Of a stretch of DNA of 36,957 bases, positions 10,727 to 20,891 are shown piece after piece. The stretch is from Eubacteriales bacterium (GTDB lineage: Bacteria > Bacillota > Clostridia > Oscillospirales > CAG-272), in contig JAZOOM010000065.1 in the NCBI GenBank assembly GCA_045655025.1, positions 1 through 36,957 on the forward strand. The letters are read 5' to 3'. A program made the position numbers and the translations under genes. Below the pieces are notes generated by a model. It had not been told where the DNA came from, did not search any database, and saw nothing but the letters and a program-made list of their open reading frames with translations. How positions within the stretch are numbered: position 1 is the stretch's first letter; every line of letters starts with the position of its first letter.

Positions 10727-11404
10727 ATGAAGGTATTAGAATGTGAAGCCATCATCAAGCAGTATCGTCTCTACGACCACGTAGTGACAGCGGTCAACCG
10801 CGCCTCTCTGACGGTGGAGGAGGGCGAATTCGTTGCCATTACGGGAGAATCCGGATCGGGCAAAAGCACCTTTCTCCATATAGCGGCGGGGCTTGATGCC
10901 CCCGATTCGGGAGCCGTCCGTCTTTTGGGAAAGGATATCGTAAACATGAAGCCCGACGAGCTGTGCCGTTTCCGCGGCAAGCACACAGGATTCGTCTTTC
11001 AATCCCACCGCCTGGTTCCCTACCTGACCGCTCTGGAAAATATCCTGCTCCCCATTTCCGCCTCGGGAGGCGACGCCGCGCGGGTGGAGCATCGGTTGGC
11101 CCTCCTCATCGACCGCCTTTCCCTGGGGGATCGACTGAATCATCTCCCCCGCGAGCTGTCAGGCGGTCAGCAGCAGCGAGTCGCCATCGCCCGCGCACTC
11201 ATTCATTATCCCATGGTACTCTTCGCCGATGAGCCCACGGGAAACCTCGACCGCAAAAACGCAGAGGACGTCACTAAGCTCCTGGTCAGTCTGCGGGACG
11301 AGCTGAAGCAGACTCTGGTCATCGTCACCCACGACGAGGCCTTGGCCGACAGAGCGGATCGGGCGTATCGCATGGTGGACGGCGAGATGTACGTAAGACG
11401 GTAA
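10727..11404 (+). CDS. ABC transporter ATP-binding protein (LolD/MacB-like)
   Basis: GESGSGKST, LSGGQQQRVAIARA, FADEPTGNLD, VTHD; AGGAGG RBS before ATG 10727. Confidence 0.95.
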   Translation: MKVLECEAIIKQYRLYDHVVTAVNRASLTVEEGEFVAITGESGSGKSTFLHIAAGLDAPDSGAVRLLGKDIVNMKPDELCRFRGKHTGFVFQSHRLVPYLTALENILLPISASGGDAARVEHRLALLIDRLSLGDRLNHLPRELSGGQQQRVAIARALIHYPMVLFADEPTGNLDRKNAEDVTKLLVSLRDELKQTLVIVTHDEALADRADRAYRMVDGEMYVRR

Positions 11405-11569
11405 CCCCTCAAACCGAGTTCCCCGCCCTACAAAAAACACAGCACCATCCCAAACCGTTTCGTCCACAGTTTTTCAAGATTGTCGGATTCCTTCGCACCA
11501 TTTGACCAAAAAAACCATACGGAATACCACCCGGTTGGTCACTTTTGTTAAAAAATATATCCAAAACCC

Positions 11570-11598
11570 TTGACATCCGGGCGATGTTCCTTTATAAT
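11570..11598 (+). promoter_or_regulatory. Perfect-consensus sigma-A promoter embedded in an inverted repeat
   Basis: TTGACA(11570)-N17-TATAAT(11593). Confidence 0.8.
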
Positions 11599-11638
11599 AA
11601 AGGCAACATCTCCGGATGTCAATTTTTTCCTGCCCCGT

Positions 11639-11687
11639 TCAACGCTCAACGCTCAACGCTCATCGCTCATCGCTCATCGCTTATCAT
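11639..11687 (+). repeat. Heptamer tandem repeat in 5' leader
   Basis: (TCAACGC)3(TCATCGC)3 then degenerate TTATCAT. Confidence 0.85.
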
Positions 11688-11712
11688 CCATCGGGCAGAG
11701 AAAGGAACACGT

Positions 11713-14700
11713 ATGATCTACGACAAGAACAGAAAACAACCCTCTTTGGATCCGGCACTGTTCCAAACCCCCACAGCCGAGTACCGCGGCACTCCCTTCT
11801 GGGCGTGGAACTGCGATTTGCAGGCGGAGGAGCTGTGCCGTCAGATCGACATTTTCAAGGAAATGGGTCTGGGCGGCTTCCATATGCATTGCCGCGACGG
11901 TATGTCCACCACCTACCTCTCCGAGAAATTCATGGGTCTGGTCAAGGCCTGCACCGACCACGCCAAGGAAAACGACATGCTGGCCTGGCTCTACGACGAG
12001 GACAAGTGGCCCTCGGGCTTCGGCGGCGGCTACGTCACCAAGGACGACGCCTTCCGTCAGAGGTACATTACCTTCACCTGCGACAAAAACTTCCCCGCCC
12101 GCGCAACCTCTGTCCTCCTCGCCCGCTTTGACGTGGTGCTGGGAGAGGATAAATGCCTGAAATCCTACCGCAAGCTGGCCGACGGGGAGACCGCCGACAC
12201 CGCCGAGGGTACCGTCTGGTATATCTGGCGCGAGCTGGCGGGTAAGAGCCCTTGGTACAACAACGAGTCCTACGTGGATACCCTCAACCCCAAGGCCATT
12301 GAAAAGTTCATCGAGGTGACCCACGAGAAATACTTCGCCACCGTGGGTGACGAGTTCGGAAAGACCGTCCCCGCCATCTTCACCGACGAGCCCCAGTTCA
12401 TGCGCAAGGGCACGCTGGCCTTTGCCGACAGCCGTCAGAACGTCCACCTGCCCTGGACGGACGATCTGGAGGACACCTTCACCGCCACCTACGGCGAATC
12501 CCTCATTAACCACCTCCCCGAGCTTCTGTGGGATCTGCCCAATGGAGAGATCTCCCTGACCCGCTACCATTACCACGACCACATCTCCGAGCGCTTCGCT
12601 ATCGCCTTTGCCGACACCTGCGGCGATTGGTGTAAAGCCCACGGCATCGAGCTGACGGGTCACATGATGGAGGAGCCTACCCTCCACTCCCAGACCGCCG
12701 CCATCGGTGATTGCATGCGTTCCTACCGCGGTTTCGGTATCCCCGGCATTGATATGCTCTGCGCCCGCTTTGAGTTCACCACCGCCAAGCAGTGCCAGTC
12801 CTCTGTCCACCAGTACGGCCGTCCCGGTATGATGAGCGAGCTGTACGGCGTAACGGGCTGGGACTTCGACTTCCGCGGCCACAAGCTCCACGGCGACTGG
12901 CAGGCGGCTCTGGGCGTGACCGTCCGCGTTCAGCACCTCTCTTGGGTGTCCATGAAGGGCACCGCCAAGCGCGACTACCCCGCCTCCATCTCCTAGCAGT
13001 CCCCTTGGTACAAGGAGTATGCCTACGTGGAGGATCACTTCGGCCGCGTGAACACCGCCCTGACCCGCGGTACGCCTCTGGTAAAGGTGGCCGTGGTGCA
13101 TCCCGTGGAGAGCTACTGGCTCCATTGGGGTCCCAACGAGCAGACCCAGCTCATCCGTGACAAGCTGGACGGCAACTTCCAGAACGTCACCGACTGGCTC
13201 CTCCGCGGTAACATCGACTTCGACTACATCTGCGAGTCCACCTTCCCCGTCCAGTGCCCTGTTGGCGGCGCACCCCTGACCGTGGGCGAGATGGCCTACG
13301 ACGTGGTCATTGTCCCCGAGTGCGAGACCCTGCGCTCCACTACCTTGGAGAGACTGGAAGCATTCAAGGCCAACGGCGGTAAGCTGGTGTTCATGGGCGA
13401 TGCCCCCAAGTACGAGGATGCCAAGCCCTCCGCACGCGGTAAGGCTCTCTTTGATCAATCCCTGCAAATCGCCTTCAACCGCGGTGCCCTGCTGGATGCT
13501 CTGTACGAGGATCGCACCGTGGAGATCCGCAATTTCAGCGGTGCCTACACGAGCAACCTCATCCACCAAGTCCGCCGCGATACCGACGGCCTGTGGCTCT
13601 TCATCTCCCATTGCACCGAGCCCTACAACAAGGACGTGGCCAGAGACCAAGGCATTCATATCTACGTGAACGGCAAGTACAAGGCCGAGCTGTGGGATAC
13701 CATTACGGGTGAAGTGAAACCCATCCGTTACAGCAACAAGAGCGGCAAGACCCACATCATCATGAGCCTGTACGACTACGACTCCGCCCTCCTGTTCCTG
13801 CGGGACACCGAGGAGGACAGCAGCTATGAGCCCGAGACCGTGGCCGCTCCTACGCCCATCGGCATCAAGCGCATGACCGACGGCTACGCCGCGTGGGCAA
13901 CCGAATCCCCCGCTCCCGTGGCCTCTATTCCCGACACAGTGCCCTACACCCTCTCCGAGCCCAACGTCCTGCTTCTGGACATGGCACGCTACGCGCTGGA
14001 CGACGAGGAGCTGAATCCCACCGAGGAGATCCTCCGCATTGACGCCGCCGTCCGCCGCCGTCTGGGCTTCCCCGCGGGCAAAGCTCAGCCTTGGGTCATG
14101 GAGGATAAGCCCGCCGAGCATACCGTGACGCTGGAGTTCACGGTGCATAGCGACATCGACTACGAAAGTCCCTTCATCGCGCTGGAGGACGCCGATATCG
14201 CCACCATTCTCTGGAACGGAGAGCCCGTCACCACAAAGCCTGACGGCTATTACACGGATCTCTCCATTCAGAAGGTGGCTCTGCCTCCTCTGAAGAAGGG
14301 CGAGAACAAGCTGACCGTCACCATCCCCTTCGCGGTACGCTCCAATTGCGAGGCCATGTACCTGCTGGGTAACTTCGGCGTTCGCGTGGCGGGTCGCCGT
14401 CTGACTGTGACCGAGCTGCCCGAGACCGTCGGCTTCTCGGATCTGACCTACCAGGGCCTTCCCTTCTACGGCGGCGCCATCTCCTACAAGATTCCCGTGG
14501 ATGCCCCCGCAGACTGGTCGGCACTCATCAAGGTGCCCCACTACACCGCCGCCGTCAATACGGTGGAGCTGGACGGTGAGAAGCGTGGCGTCATCGCCTA
14601 CCCGCCCTACACCGCCGATATCGGTGTCATCCCCGCAGGCAAGCACGAGCTGACGGTGACGGCCTACATCACCCGCCGCAACTGCTTCGGTGACGTCCAC

Positions 14701-14829
14701 GACGCCGACGAAAAGCTGGCATGGCAGGGACCCTCCGCTTGGGTCACGGGCGACAGCCTCTGGACCTACGAGTACCGCCTCCGCAGAACAGGTGTTTTGA
14801 CCACCCCCATCATCCTCAAGAAGGATTGA
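11713..14829 (+). pseudogene. GH106-like (alpha-L-rhamnosidase-like) glycosidase interrupted by one in-frame TAG at 12994-12996
   Basis: YRGTPFWAWN, LYDEDKWPSG, FTDEP motifs; frame continues KRDYPASIS*QSPWYKEYAYVEDHF into the 13027-14829 ORF; may be an intact gene with a sequencing error. Confidence 0.8.
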
Positions 14830-14844
14830 TATTATCCCCTATGC

Positions 14845-14878
14845 AAAGGAACCACCGCCGAGGCGGTGGTTCTCTTTT
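14845..14878. terminator. Bidirectional rho-independent terminator
   Basis: GAACCACCGCC-GA-GGCGGTGGTTC followed by TCTTTT, between convergent genes. Confidence 0.75.
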
Positions 14879-15029
14879 CGTGGATATTATGTTTTGAATT
14901 TGGGCTTGGCGGCGCGCCAACCATCGTTTGTAGGGAAGGGGTCTCCCCTCCCGAAATCGTTAAAAGCGGAAGGTTTGCAGTTTTTCGTGAAATTCCATGG
15001 TGCATCCTTCTATTCGTCACGGTTACGGC

Positions 15030-15482
15030 TCAGGCTCCCGTACCTGTTTTTCTCTCATAGACGTAATTGAACAATTCCCCATCTTGGTCGACGAAAACAA
15101 ATCCCGCCCCCTCAAACACCTTGCGGGAGGCCTCGTTGCTCTCGTCGATGGAGACCTCGATGCGGTCGAAGCCAAGCCCGAAAGCATCGTCACGAACATC
15201 CTTGACCATGCCCTTCCCGAAGCCCTTTCCTTGGCACGACGGGAACACGACGACGCTCATATACAGGGTGCTTCCCTGCTTTTCCAGATGCGCCGTTCCG
15301 ATCAGTCTGCCGTTTTCGTAGGCCTTATAGAGCCAGACGTTTGGCGTATGGGTGACGTATCTGAAGTAGGCTTCGCTGATGCTGACGTACCGCGAGACCT
15401 CGGGCAATGCGAATATTTGTTTGAGGAGTAGAATATCCCCGTCGGCTTCGGATGTCATCCTTTTGTAGGTCAGATCTGCCAT
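15030..15482 (-). CDS. GNAT-family N-acetyltransferase
   Basis: VFPSCQGKGFG, N.AS.KVFEGAGF; GGAGG RBS before ATG 15482. Confidence 0.85.
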   Translation of the reverse strand: MADLTYKRMTSEADGDILLLKQIFALPEVSRYVSISEAYFRYVTHTPNVWLYKAYENGRLIGTAHLEKQGSTLYMSVVVFPSCQGKGFGKGMVKDVRDDAFGLGFDRIEVSIDESNEASRKVFEGAGFVFVDQDGELFNYVYERKTGTGA

Positions 15483-15493
15483 AGCGTCCTCCG

Positions 15494-16018
15494 TCACAGG
15501 GTGATCCAGTACCGCCGCAGGAGGTGATGTCCTTCGGCTGAATTGTAGGCTTCAACGGTATCCCACAGGACGCCGCCAAACTTCTCGCACAGACGGATAG
15601 AGGCGGTATTTTCCTCGTTGATGGTGAGCAGTACCCTGTCCATCCCCTTCTCCCGTGCGATATCCAGCCCTTGGCGCAGGATCTCGGTGCCGTAGCCCTT
15701 GCCCTGCTCCGACACGCGGACTGCATAGCCAATGCTCCCGATCTCGGTCATGACCCGTTCGGGGAACTCCGTCCTCAGCTGAAACTCTCCGATGAAGCGG
15801 TGACCGTCCACCGCCCAGTAGTGAAAGCTGACGGGCTGGCCTTCAATGATGCCTTTTTCTTTGCCGTCATACCAGTATTTCGTGCGGGAGAACCAGTCCT
15901 CGTCGATGCTCGCGGGGTTGGTGGGGCGGAAGTAGGGGACGCGGCTATCATAGATTTCCTGACAGTACGCCTTGTAGCCCGCCACGTATGCGGGGGTACG
16001 CTTGATGAGCTGCAGCAT
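15494..16018 (-). CDS. GNAT-family N-acetyltransferase
   Basis: GSIGYAVRVSEQGKGYGTE, NTASIRLCEKFGG. Confidence 0.9.
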   Translation of the reverse strand: MLQLIKRTPAYVAGYKAYCQEIYDSRVPYFRPTNPASIDEDWFSRTKYWYDGKEKGIIEGQPVSFHYWAVDGHRFIGEFQLRTEFPERVMTEIGSIGYAVRVSEQGKGYGTEILRQGLDIAREKGMDRVLLTINEENTASIRLCEKFGGVLWDTVEAYNSAEGHHLLRRYWITL

Positions 16019-16063
16019 GGTGGCCTCCTATCCCGGCGCGACGGCTGAACCGTTACGCGTAAT

Positions 16064-16648
16064 TTATCCATTCATCAAAAGATCGCTGAAGCCGATAAAC
16101 TCCTCGATCATTCCCTTGAAGTTGTGGTCAGCCCCCGAAACCGTCAGAACCTGTAGGTTTCCGAATCTCCCGTTCAGGAACGGTATATAGGGAAACGACG
16201 GATCCCGCTCCCCGTATACGGCGAAAATAGCGGTCTGCGGCATCGCGGAAATATACCGCTTCGTCTTGTGGAAGTTGATCATGAGGGGCATATTGACCAG
16301 AACCATCCTCCGAAACGCAACCCCGCAGGCGGCCAGCTCCAGCCCCTTGATGCATCCGTTGGAATTTCCAAAAAAGAATACCGAGGGATCCTCGATCCTC
16401 TGTTCGGACACGTACCGCTCCAGCACAGCCCGATCATTCTCCGCATGGCTCTCCCCGTTGTGAGGGTTGGTGGCCACGATCACACTGCACCCGCCCCCTT
16501 CATGGAGACGCCGCGCCATAACCGCGTATTTGCTGTCGTGCAAGATCCTATCCGTCCCCAACCCCGTCTTAACGAATACGATCTCAGCGCCTCCCCGCAC
16601 AACACCGTATTCAATGCCGTTGTGCGGCACCGTGTAATCAAAGCTCAT
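16064..16648 (-). CDS. Alpha/beta-hydrolase-fold protein
   Basis: GNSNG nucleophile elbow, YGERD, GADHNF (Ser-Asp-His triad). Confidence 0.75.
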   Translation of the reverse strand: MSFDYTVPHNGIEYGVVRGGAEIVFVKTGLGTDRILHDSKYAVMARRLHEGGGCSVIVATNPHNGESHAENDRAVLERYVSEQRIEDPSVFFFGNSNGCIKGLELAACGVAFRRMVLVNMPLMINFHKTKRYISAMPQTAIFAVYGERDPSFPYIPFLNGRFGNLQVLTVSGADHNFKGMIEEFIGFSDLLMNG

Positions 16649-16670
16649 AACCGATCAACCTCAAAAATAC

Positions 16671-16878
16671 ATGAAATCCGCCGTTGGCGGGTGAAATCCG
16701 TCTTCGACGGATGAAATCCACCTGCAGTGGATGAAATCCGCTCTGCGAGCGGGTAAAGGAAAGAAACCCTTCGGGGTTCTAATTTAATTTAAATGGACAG
16801 AATCGAAGGTAAAACCAAAGGTTCTGCACCTTCACCCGACCGAAGGGAGGATTTCATCCATCTTCGACGGATTTCATG
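16671..16878. repeat. REP-like element of TGAAATCC-hairpin units
   Basis: Four units at an exact 20-nt period (16672, 16692, 16712, 16732), each carrying a short hairpin; inverted GGATTTCA copies at 16849-16878. Confidence 0.8.
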
Positions 16879-17527
16879 ATGCCCGGGCCCTCACGGCAGC
16901 CTCATACAAGCAGACAAGCCCGCCGCTCACAAGCATGCCGCCCACAATGTCGCTAATCCAGTGCACGCCCGAGATCATCCGTCCTACCACCATAAACACC
17001 GTAAAGGCCACAATGACCGCAGAAATCCCTCTCCGCAGGAAAGGACGATTCACCCGTGTCCAAAGCTGTGAAAGCGCGGTGGGCATCACACAGAGCACCA
17101 ACAACGTCGTGGAAGAAGGGTAGGAGGTCTCCGGATACCCATCAATGAGTACGGGACGGTAGTTGACCGTCACCGCCTCGAACAGCACGTAGACCCCCAT
17201 CACCACCACATAGTAACAGCCCAGGATCAGAACGCTCCGATCCACCCGCCAAAAACGCCGCCGCTTGATCCATTGACCAAGCCCTAAAAGGGCAAAGCCG
17301 AAAACCGTCCCAATGGGTACCGATCCCAGCCAATCCGTCCATACGTAGAGGAACATATGCACCCCTGTTAAGTCGTGGAACGCCGCGTTCATGGTAGCCA
17401 ATCCCACCACCGATTCCAAAGGCCCCACAGCTTGCCTGTCCACCAGTAGGACAACCGCCGTCCATAGGCCAAAGGCTCCCAGCAGAGCCAAGCCCCCGTA
17501 CAAAAGTGCTTTCGTTCGTTTCTTCAT
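16874..17527 (-). CDS. PAP2-family membrane phosphatase
   Basis: NYRP, SYPSS, GRMISGVHWISDIVGG; several TM helices. Confidence 0.88.
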   Translation of the reverse strand: MKKRTKALLYGGLALLGAFGLWTAVVLLVDRQAVGPLESVVGLATMNAAFHDLTGVHMFLYVWTDWLGSVPIGTVFGFALLGLGQWIKRRRFWRVDRSVLILGCYYVVVMGVYVLFEAVTVNYRPVLIDGYPETSYPSSTTLLVLCVMPTALSQLWTRVNRPFLRRGISAVIVAFTVFMVVGRMISGVHWISDIVGGMLVSGGLVCLYEAAVRARAS

Positions 17528-17645
17528 TTCTCGTTCTCCTTTGCGATATGATCGGGCCTTGGCCCACGTTCATTGTAACGCAAAGTTACGAAATATGCAA
17601 GAAACGAGCCGTCACACCCGCGACACGCTCCGTGTCACCCCTGTA

Positions 17646-18251
17646 TCACGGGCGTTTGAAGGTCAAAAATGCCTTGATTCCACCCAAAACAAGGATGAAA
17701 ACGGCAGGATAGGGCTGCAAGCTCACAATGAACAGCAACCCCGCGGTAGCGCTGAGGCTCATGGACAACCACCCTCGGCATTTCTCCCACGTCCGCATAT
17801 CTCTCCCATACAGCCCCAATGTCAGAAGCCCAACGCCCACCAAGGCCGATACCACGACCCAATACAGCACGCGTAAATACGGGCTCACCTCTACCAAAGA
17901 CAGCAGAGAGACCGCGCGAATGCCTGCCTCTCCCCGTACGGCGAAAAAAGGGAGAAAATACAAAAGCCCCGCGCATAGATCCAGAAGCCCGTTCAACGGC
18001 GCCCGAAATCCCCGCTCGGCCTTCTTCTTCTCCTCCTCGGCAATGGTCAATACCTGATCGGTGGATAACAGCTGATCCACCGTCACCGAGAAAAAGGCGG
18101 CAATGGCCTTCAAGGAATCAATGCCCGGATACCCGCGCCCCGACTCCCATTTGGAAATCGCCGTGCGGGACACGTACAGGACCTTGGCCAATTCCTCCTG
18201 CGTCATTCCCTTTTGCCGTCTCAATTCCTGTAGCTTTTCGTGAAATTCCAT
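17646..18251 (-). CDS. XRE-family HTH regulator with C-terminal TM helices
   Basis: LQELRRQKGMTQEELAKVLYVSRTAISKWESGRGYP followed by 4 hydrophobic segments. Confidence 0.9.
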   Translation of the reverse strand: MEFHEKLQELRRQKGMTQEELAKVLYVSRTAISKWESGRGYPGIDSLKAIAAFFSVTVDQLLSTDQVLTIAEEEKKKAERGFRAPLNGLLDLCAGLLYFLPFFAVRGEAGIRAVSLLSLVEVSPYLRVLYWVVVSALVGVGLLTLGLYGRDMRTWEKCRGWLSMSLSATAGLLFIVSLQPYPAVFILVLGGIKAFLTFKRP

Positions 18252-18404
18252 GATATCCTTCTCCGTTCGTTGTCATGCTTCCCCGTGTGTCCCGTGCTCC
18301 GTGTTACCGTCAAACGGCGCAAGGGCTTCGTCGACGGCACACCCCATGATGAAAACCGAAAGCAGAGCGCCTCGAACCTCCCATGGCGGCAGACCGCAAC
18401 GCCG

Positions 18405-18812
18405 TCAGGAGCGATATACGTACAAGTCAATGTCCAATTCTGTCCCCGTGGCAACGCAGAATTCCATTACATCCAAAGACGGCGCCAAGCAGGGTGAGAT
18501 ATCGTCCGTATAGACCGAAGGAACCACCTCCAAATAGAAGGAGACCCGATTCTCCCGACGGATCCGATTCAGCAGTTCTACCTTGTCCCGCAAAACGGAA
18601 ATCGTCTTTCGCATCTGATTCTCCACGTGAGCGTCATATTCATCACAGCGGCCAATGCTCCAGCGAGCCGCCTCCGCGGGCCGCCCGTTGCGTCGAGGCG
18701 CGCCGATCTTACAAGCCTCACCGGGTGCCAACCCCAAAAGCGCCGTTACGGCATCGGGGTCAAACTCCCCCACAATGGTAAAGTACGTATAACAGCTGTT
18801 CCGAGTATCCAT
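18405..18812 (-). CDS. DUF4279-like protein
   Basis: YFTIVGEFDPDAVTALLGL.P ... ELDIDLY pattern; ATG 18812 has the better RBS (alternative start 18830). Confidence 0.7.
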   Translation of the reverse strand: MDTRNSCYTYFTIVGEFDPDAVTALLGLAPGEACKIGAPRRNGRPAEAARWSIGRCDEYDAHVENQMRKTISVLRDKVELLNRIRRENRVSFYLEVVPSVYTDDISPCLAPSLDVMEFCVATGTELDIDLYVYRS

Positions 18813-19044
18813 GCCGAATTCCCCCTTCATGGCTTTTTATCATTACTCCATTATAGCACAGAATCACAATCCTGTAAAGAGCCTTGAAAGTTTTTTTCGA
18901 AAATTCACGGTCTGATCAGCTCACAGATTTTTTCGAATCATTCTTCCCCACATCGCCCGAGGGGACAGTTGAAAAGTTACCCAGCCTCCTGTTTGACGAA
19001 AGAAGGGGGCTGCTTCATAGAGGTAACAATTTGTGAACAAAAGT

Positions 19045-19098
19045 AAAAGGAACTAAAACGGCGTTCGTTTTAGTTCCTTTTGGCGGAGATGGGGGAAT
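19045..19098. other. Hairpin plus second tRNA-Ser 3'-end-like att remnant
   Basis: AAAAGGAACTAAAACG...CGTTTTAGTTCCTTTT hairpin directly followed by TGGCGGAGATGGGGG; shares the TTCGTTTTA arm with the tRNA-proximal junction. Confidence 0.6.
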
Positions 19099-19139
19099 GC
19101 CATTCATGTACACAACATGAATCTCACCTTTTTCGGCAG

Positions 19140-19475
19140 TTATTCCATTCCCCGGTAACCGTGCTTTTCAGCGTTACCCAACAAATACAAGAATGCAAAC
19201 GCGGGTATTCTCAATCATTCCTTGCCACATGCCGTATTATGAACGCCAAAATCTTTCGCCGTTTTCGTAACGATAATTGCCGCTGATGCTTCCTCGCACA
19301 ATTCAATTATTGCATCGTCATCCGGAATTGGCGCGCCCTCGCGGTACTTGACTTCGATCAAGATATTCTTAATGTATGGATAATCAACGACAATGTCAAT
19401 TTCCTTGTTCTTTTTTCCTCCGCGAAAATACCCGACCGATGTCGCAAATTGATAATAAAATGCTGCGATATCCTG
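19140..19475 (-). pseudogene. C-terminal fragment of an AAA ATPase/DUF4143-type protein with an internal stop
   Basis: GYFR..KEIDIVV..ILIEVKY (PD-(D/E)xK-like); TGA at 19215 then the frame continues LRIPAFAFLYLLG; no N-terminus. Confidence 0.65.
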
Positions 19476-19479
19476 TGGC

Positions 19480-19887
19480 GAAAAATCAACAGATGTTATT
19501 GCTTTGTGGGATACAAGAGCAACATTGTGTTGTGTATCTGAAGATGTTGTCAAACAGTTGTCATTGATTCCAACAGGTAAGGTAAGGATGAGCACCCCAT
19601 CAAGTGCTTACAAACTGGTCGATACATATTTAGTCGATTTGTTATTACCCAATGATATGGTTCAAGATGTGGTGGTCGCTCACTCGGAAATTGGTGCACA
19701 AGGTATCGGTTTGTTGGTTGGTATGGATATTATCTCGCGTGGAGATTTTCTTATTACCAATAACAAGGAAACAGTTTTTTCTTTTAGAATGCCTCCCGAG
19801 CCATTAGCTGATTTCGTGACCGGAATAAATTTTCGTAATATTATAGGCACGCCTCATGGTCAAGGGAAAAGAGGCAACCGGAAATAA
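19480..19887 (+). pseudogene. 5'-truncated retropepsin-like aspartyl protease
   Basis: ALWDTRAT (DTGA motif mutated) and LLVGMDII; no start codon or RBS. Confidence 0.65.
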
Positions 19888-19904
19888 GGCTATAAAACAT
19901 ATAG

Positions 19905-19939
19905 AAAAAAGAACTTTAGAAATTCTAAAGTTCTTTTTT
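19905..19939. terminator. Bidirectional terminator hairpin next to the island border
   Basis: AAAAAAGAACTTTAGA-AAT-TCTAAAGTTCTTTTTT. Confidence 0.7.
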
Positions 19940-20054
19940 ATTGGCGGAGGGTGTGAAACGTAAAACGAATCTTCTTAGTTGTTTTTTCAACGACCGCTTT
20001 ACTTCTAAGCAGAAAACCGCCTTGACTTTGCCGCAAAAAGTGGCTGTTTTGCAT

Positions 20055-20891
20055 TTAAATGCTTTCCTTTTTACAAATACACTGTCTCCATTCCGCAGAA
20101 TGCTCTTGAAGCTCGGTAATCGAACTGTATTGGAACCGTCTGAGGGCAGAACACGGAGAAATCGTGCCGTCACACGAAACGTAGAAAGTCGTGTTTCCCG
20201 CATCGCACTCTTTGGTGCGACACAGCTCGTAGAAACACCCCTCGGGGCAAAGGAAGTCCTGAGTTTCATCGACCCACCGTTGGATATTCTCCAATTGGGT
20301 TGGCGTTGGAATATCCGTTAATTCGCCGCGATAATTCGGCATTTTCCGCAGAATATGGATACGGTTCACCCCCCACGCCGCACACTGCTCCCGCAACCGA
20401 GGCAGGTCGTCCGCATTACTCTGCGAGGCCACCCAGTTGACCGAGCATCCGATCCCCTCGCTTTTCAACAAGTGTATCAGCTTCACGGTATCCTCATAAC
20501 CGTTTCTTGTTATTTGATGGATCTCTTTCGTGGACCCGTTCAGAGATGCATGGACCATAACGCCATTTTCTCGAAACAGAGACAGATGTTCCCGTCGAAA
20601 TCCCTTGCCCGATGTAGCAACGGTCGTGAATATCCCCCTGCGCGAGCAAAACGGGATCAGTTCGAAAAGTCCCGAATAGAGCAGTGGCTCGCCGCCAGTC
20701 AGCTGTACAAGCCCCGCTCTATTTCTCAGGAATCCATCAATGACGCGCTCTGCATAGGAAAGAGGTATATCCGTATGACCTCGCGTCACGTAGCATTGAG
20801 GGCAAAGATAGGGGCAAGCATCCGTGACTTGTATCACAAGGGTTCCACCATATTCCCTTTGATTCGTGTTCATAGATCGCGTATCAAACAT
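20055..20891 (-). CDS. Radical SAM protein with SPASM/twitch domain
   Basis: CPYLCPQC, TGGEPLL, C-terminal CDAG..FYVSCDGTISPC plus extra Cys; overlaps the DUF4176 stop by 8 nt. Confidence 0.9.
   Translation of the reverse strand: MFDTRSMNTNQREYGGTLVIQVTDACPYLCPQCYVTRGHTDIPLSYAERVIDGFLRNRAGLVQLTGGEPLLYSGLFELIPFCSRRGIFTTVATSGKGFRREHLSLFRENGVMVHASLNGSTKEIHQITRNGYEDTVKLIHLLKSEGIGCSVNWVASQSNADDLPRLREQCAAWGVNRIHILRKMPNYRGELTDIPTPTQLENIQRWVDETQDFLCPEGCFYELCRTKECDAGNTTFYVSCDGTISPCSALRRFQYSSITELQEHSAEWRQCICKKESI

Noticed and set aside
12994-12996. Pyrrolysine or genetic-code reassignment
   Set aside because: Single instance, one base from Tyr; TAG terminates another gene in the window; no pyl genes seen
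11674-14700. 1008-aa minus-strand ORF and similar long antisense ORFs (2233-3234, 5115-6494, 21514-23394)
   Set aside because: Stop-free shadows of high-GC3 genes; no motifs or RBS
16671-16755. Possible CRISPR array
   Set aside because: The 20-nt period and 8-nt constant part are far too short, the variable parts are hairpins, and there are no cas genes
19215-19217. Selenocysteine TGA
   Set aside because: Lies in a 5'-truncated gene fragment with no redox motif; pseudogene decay is simpler
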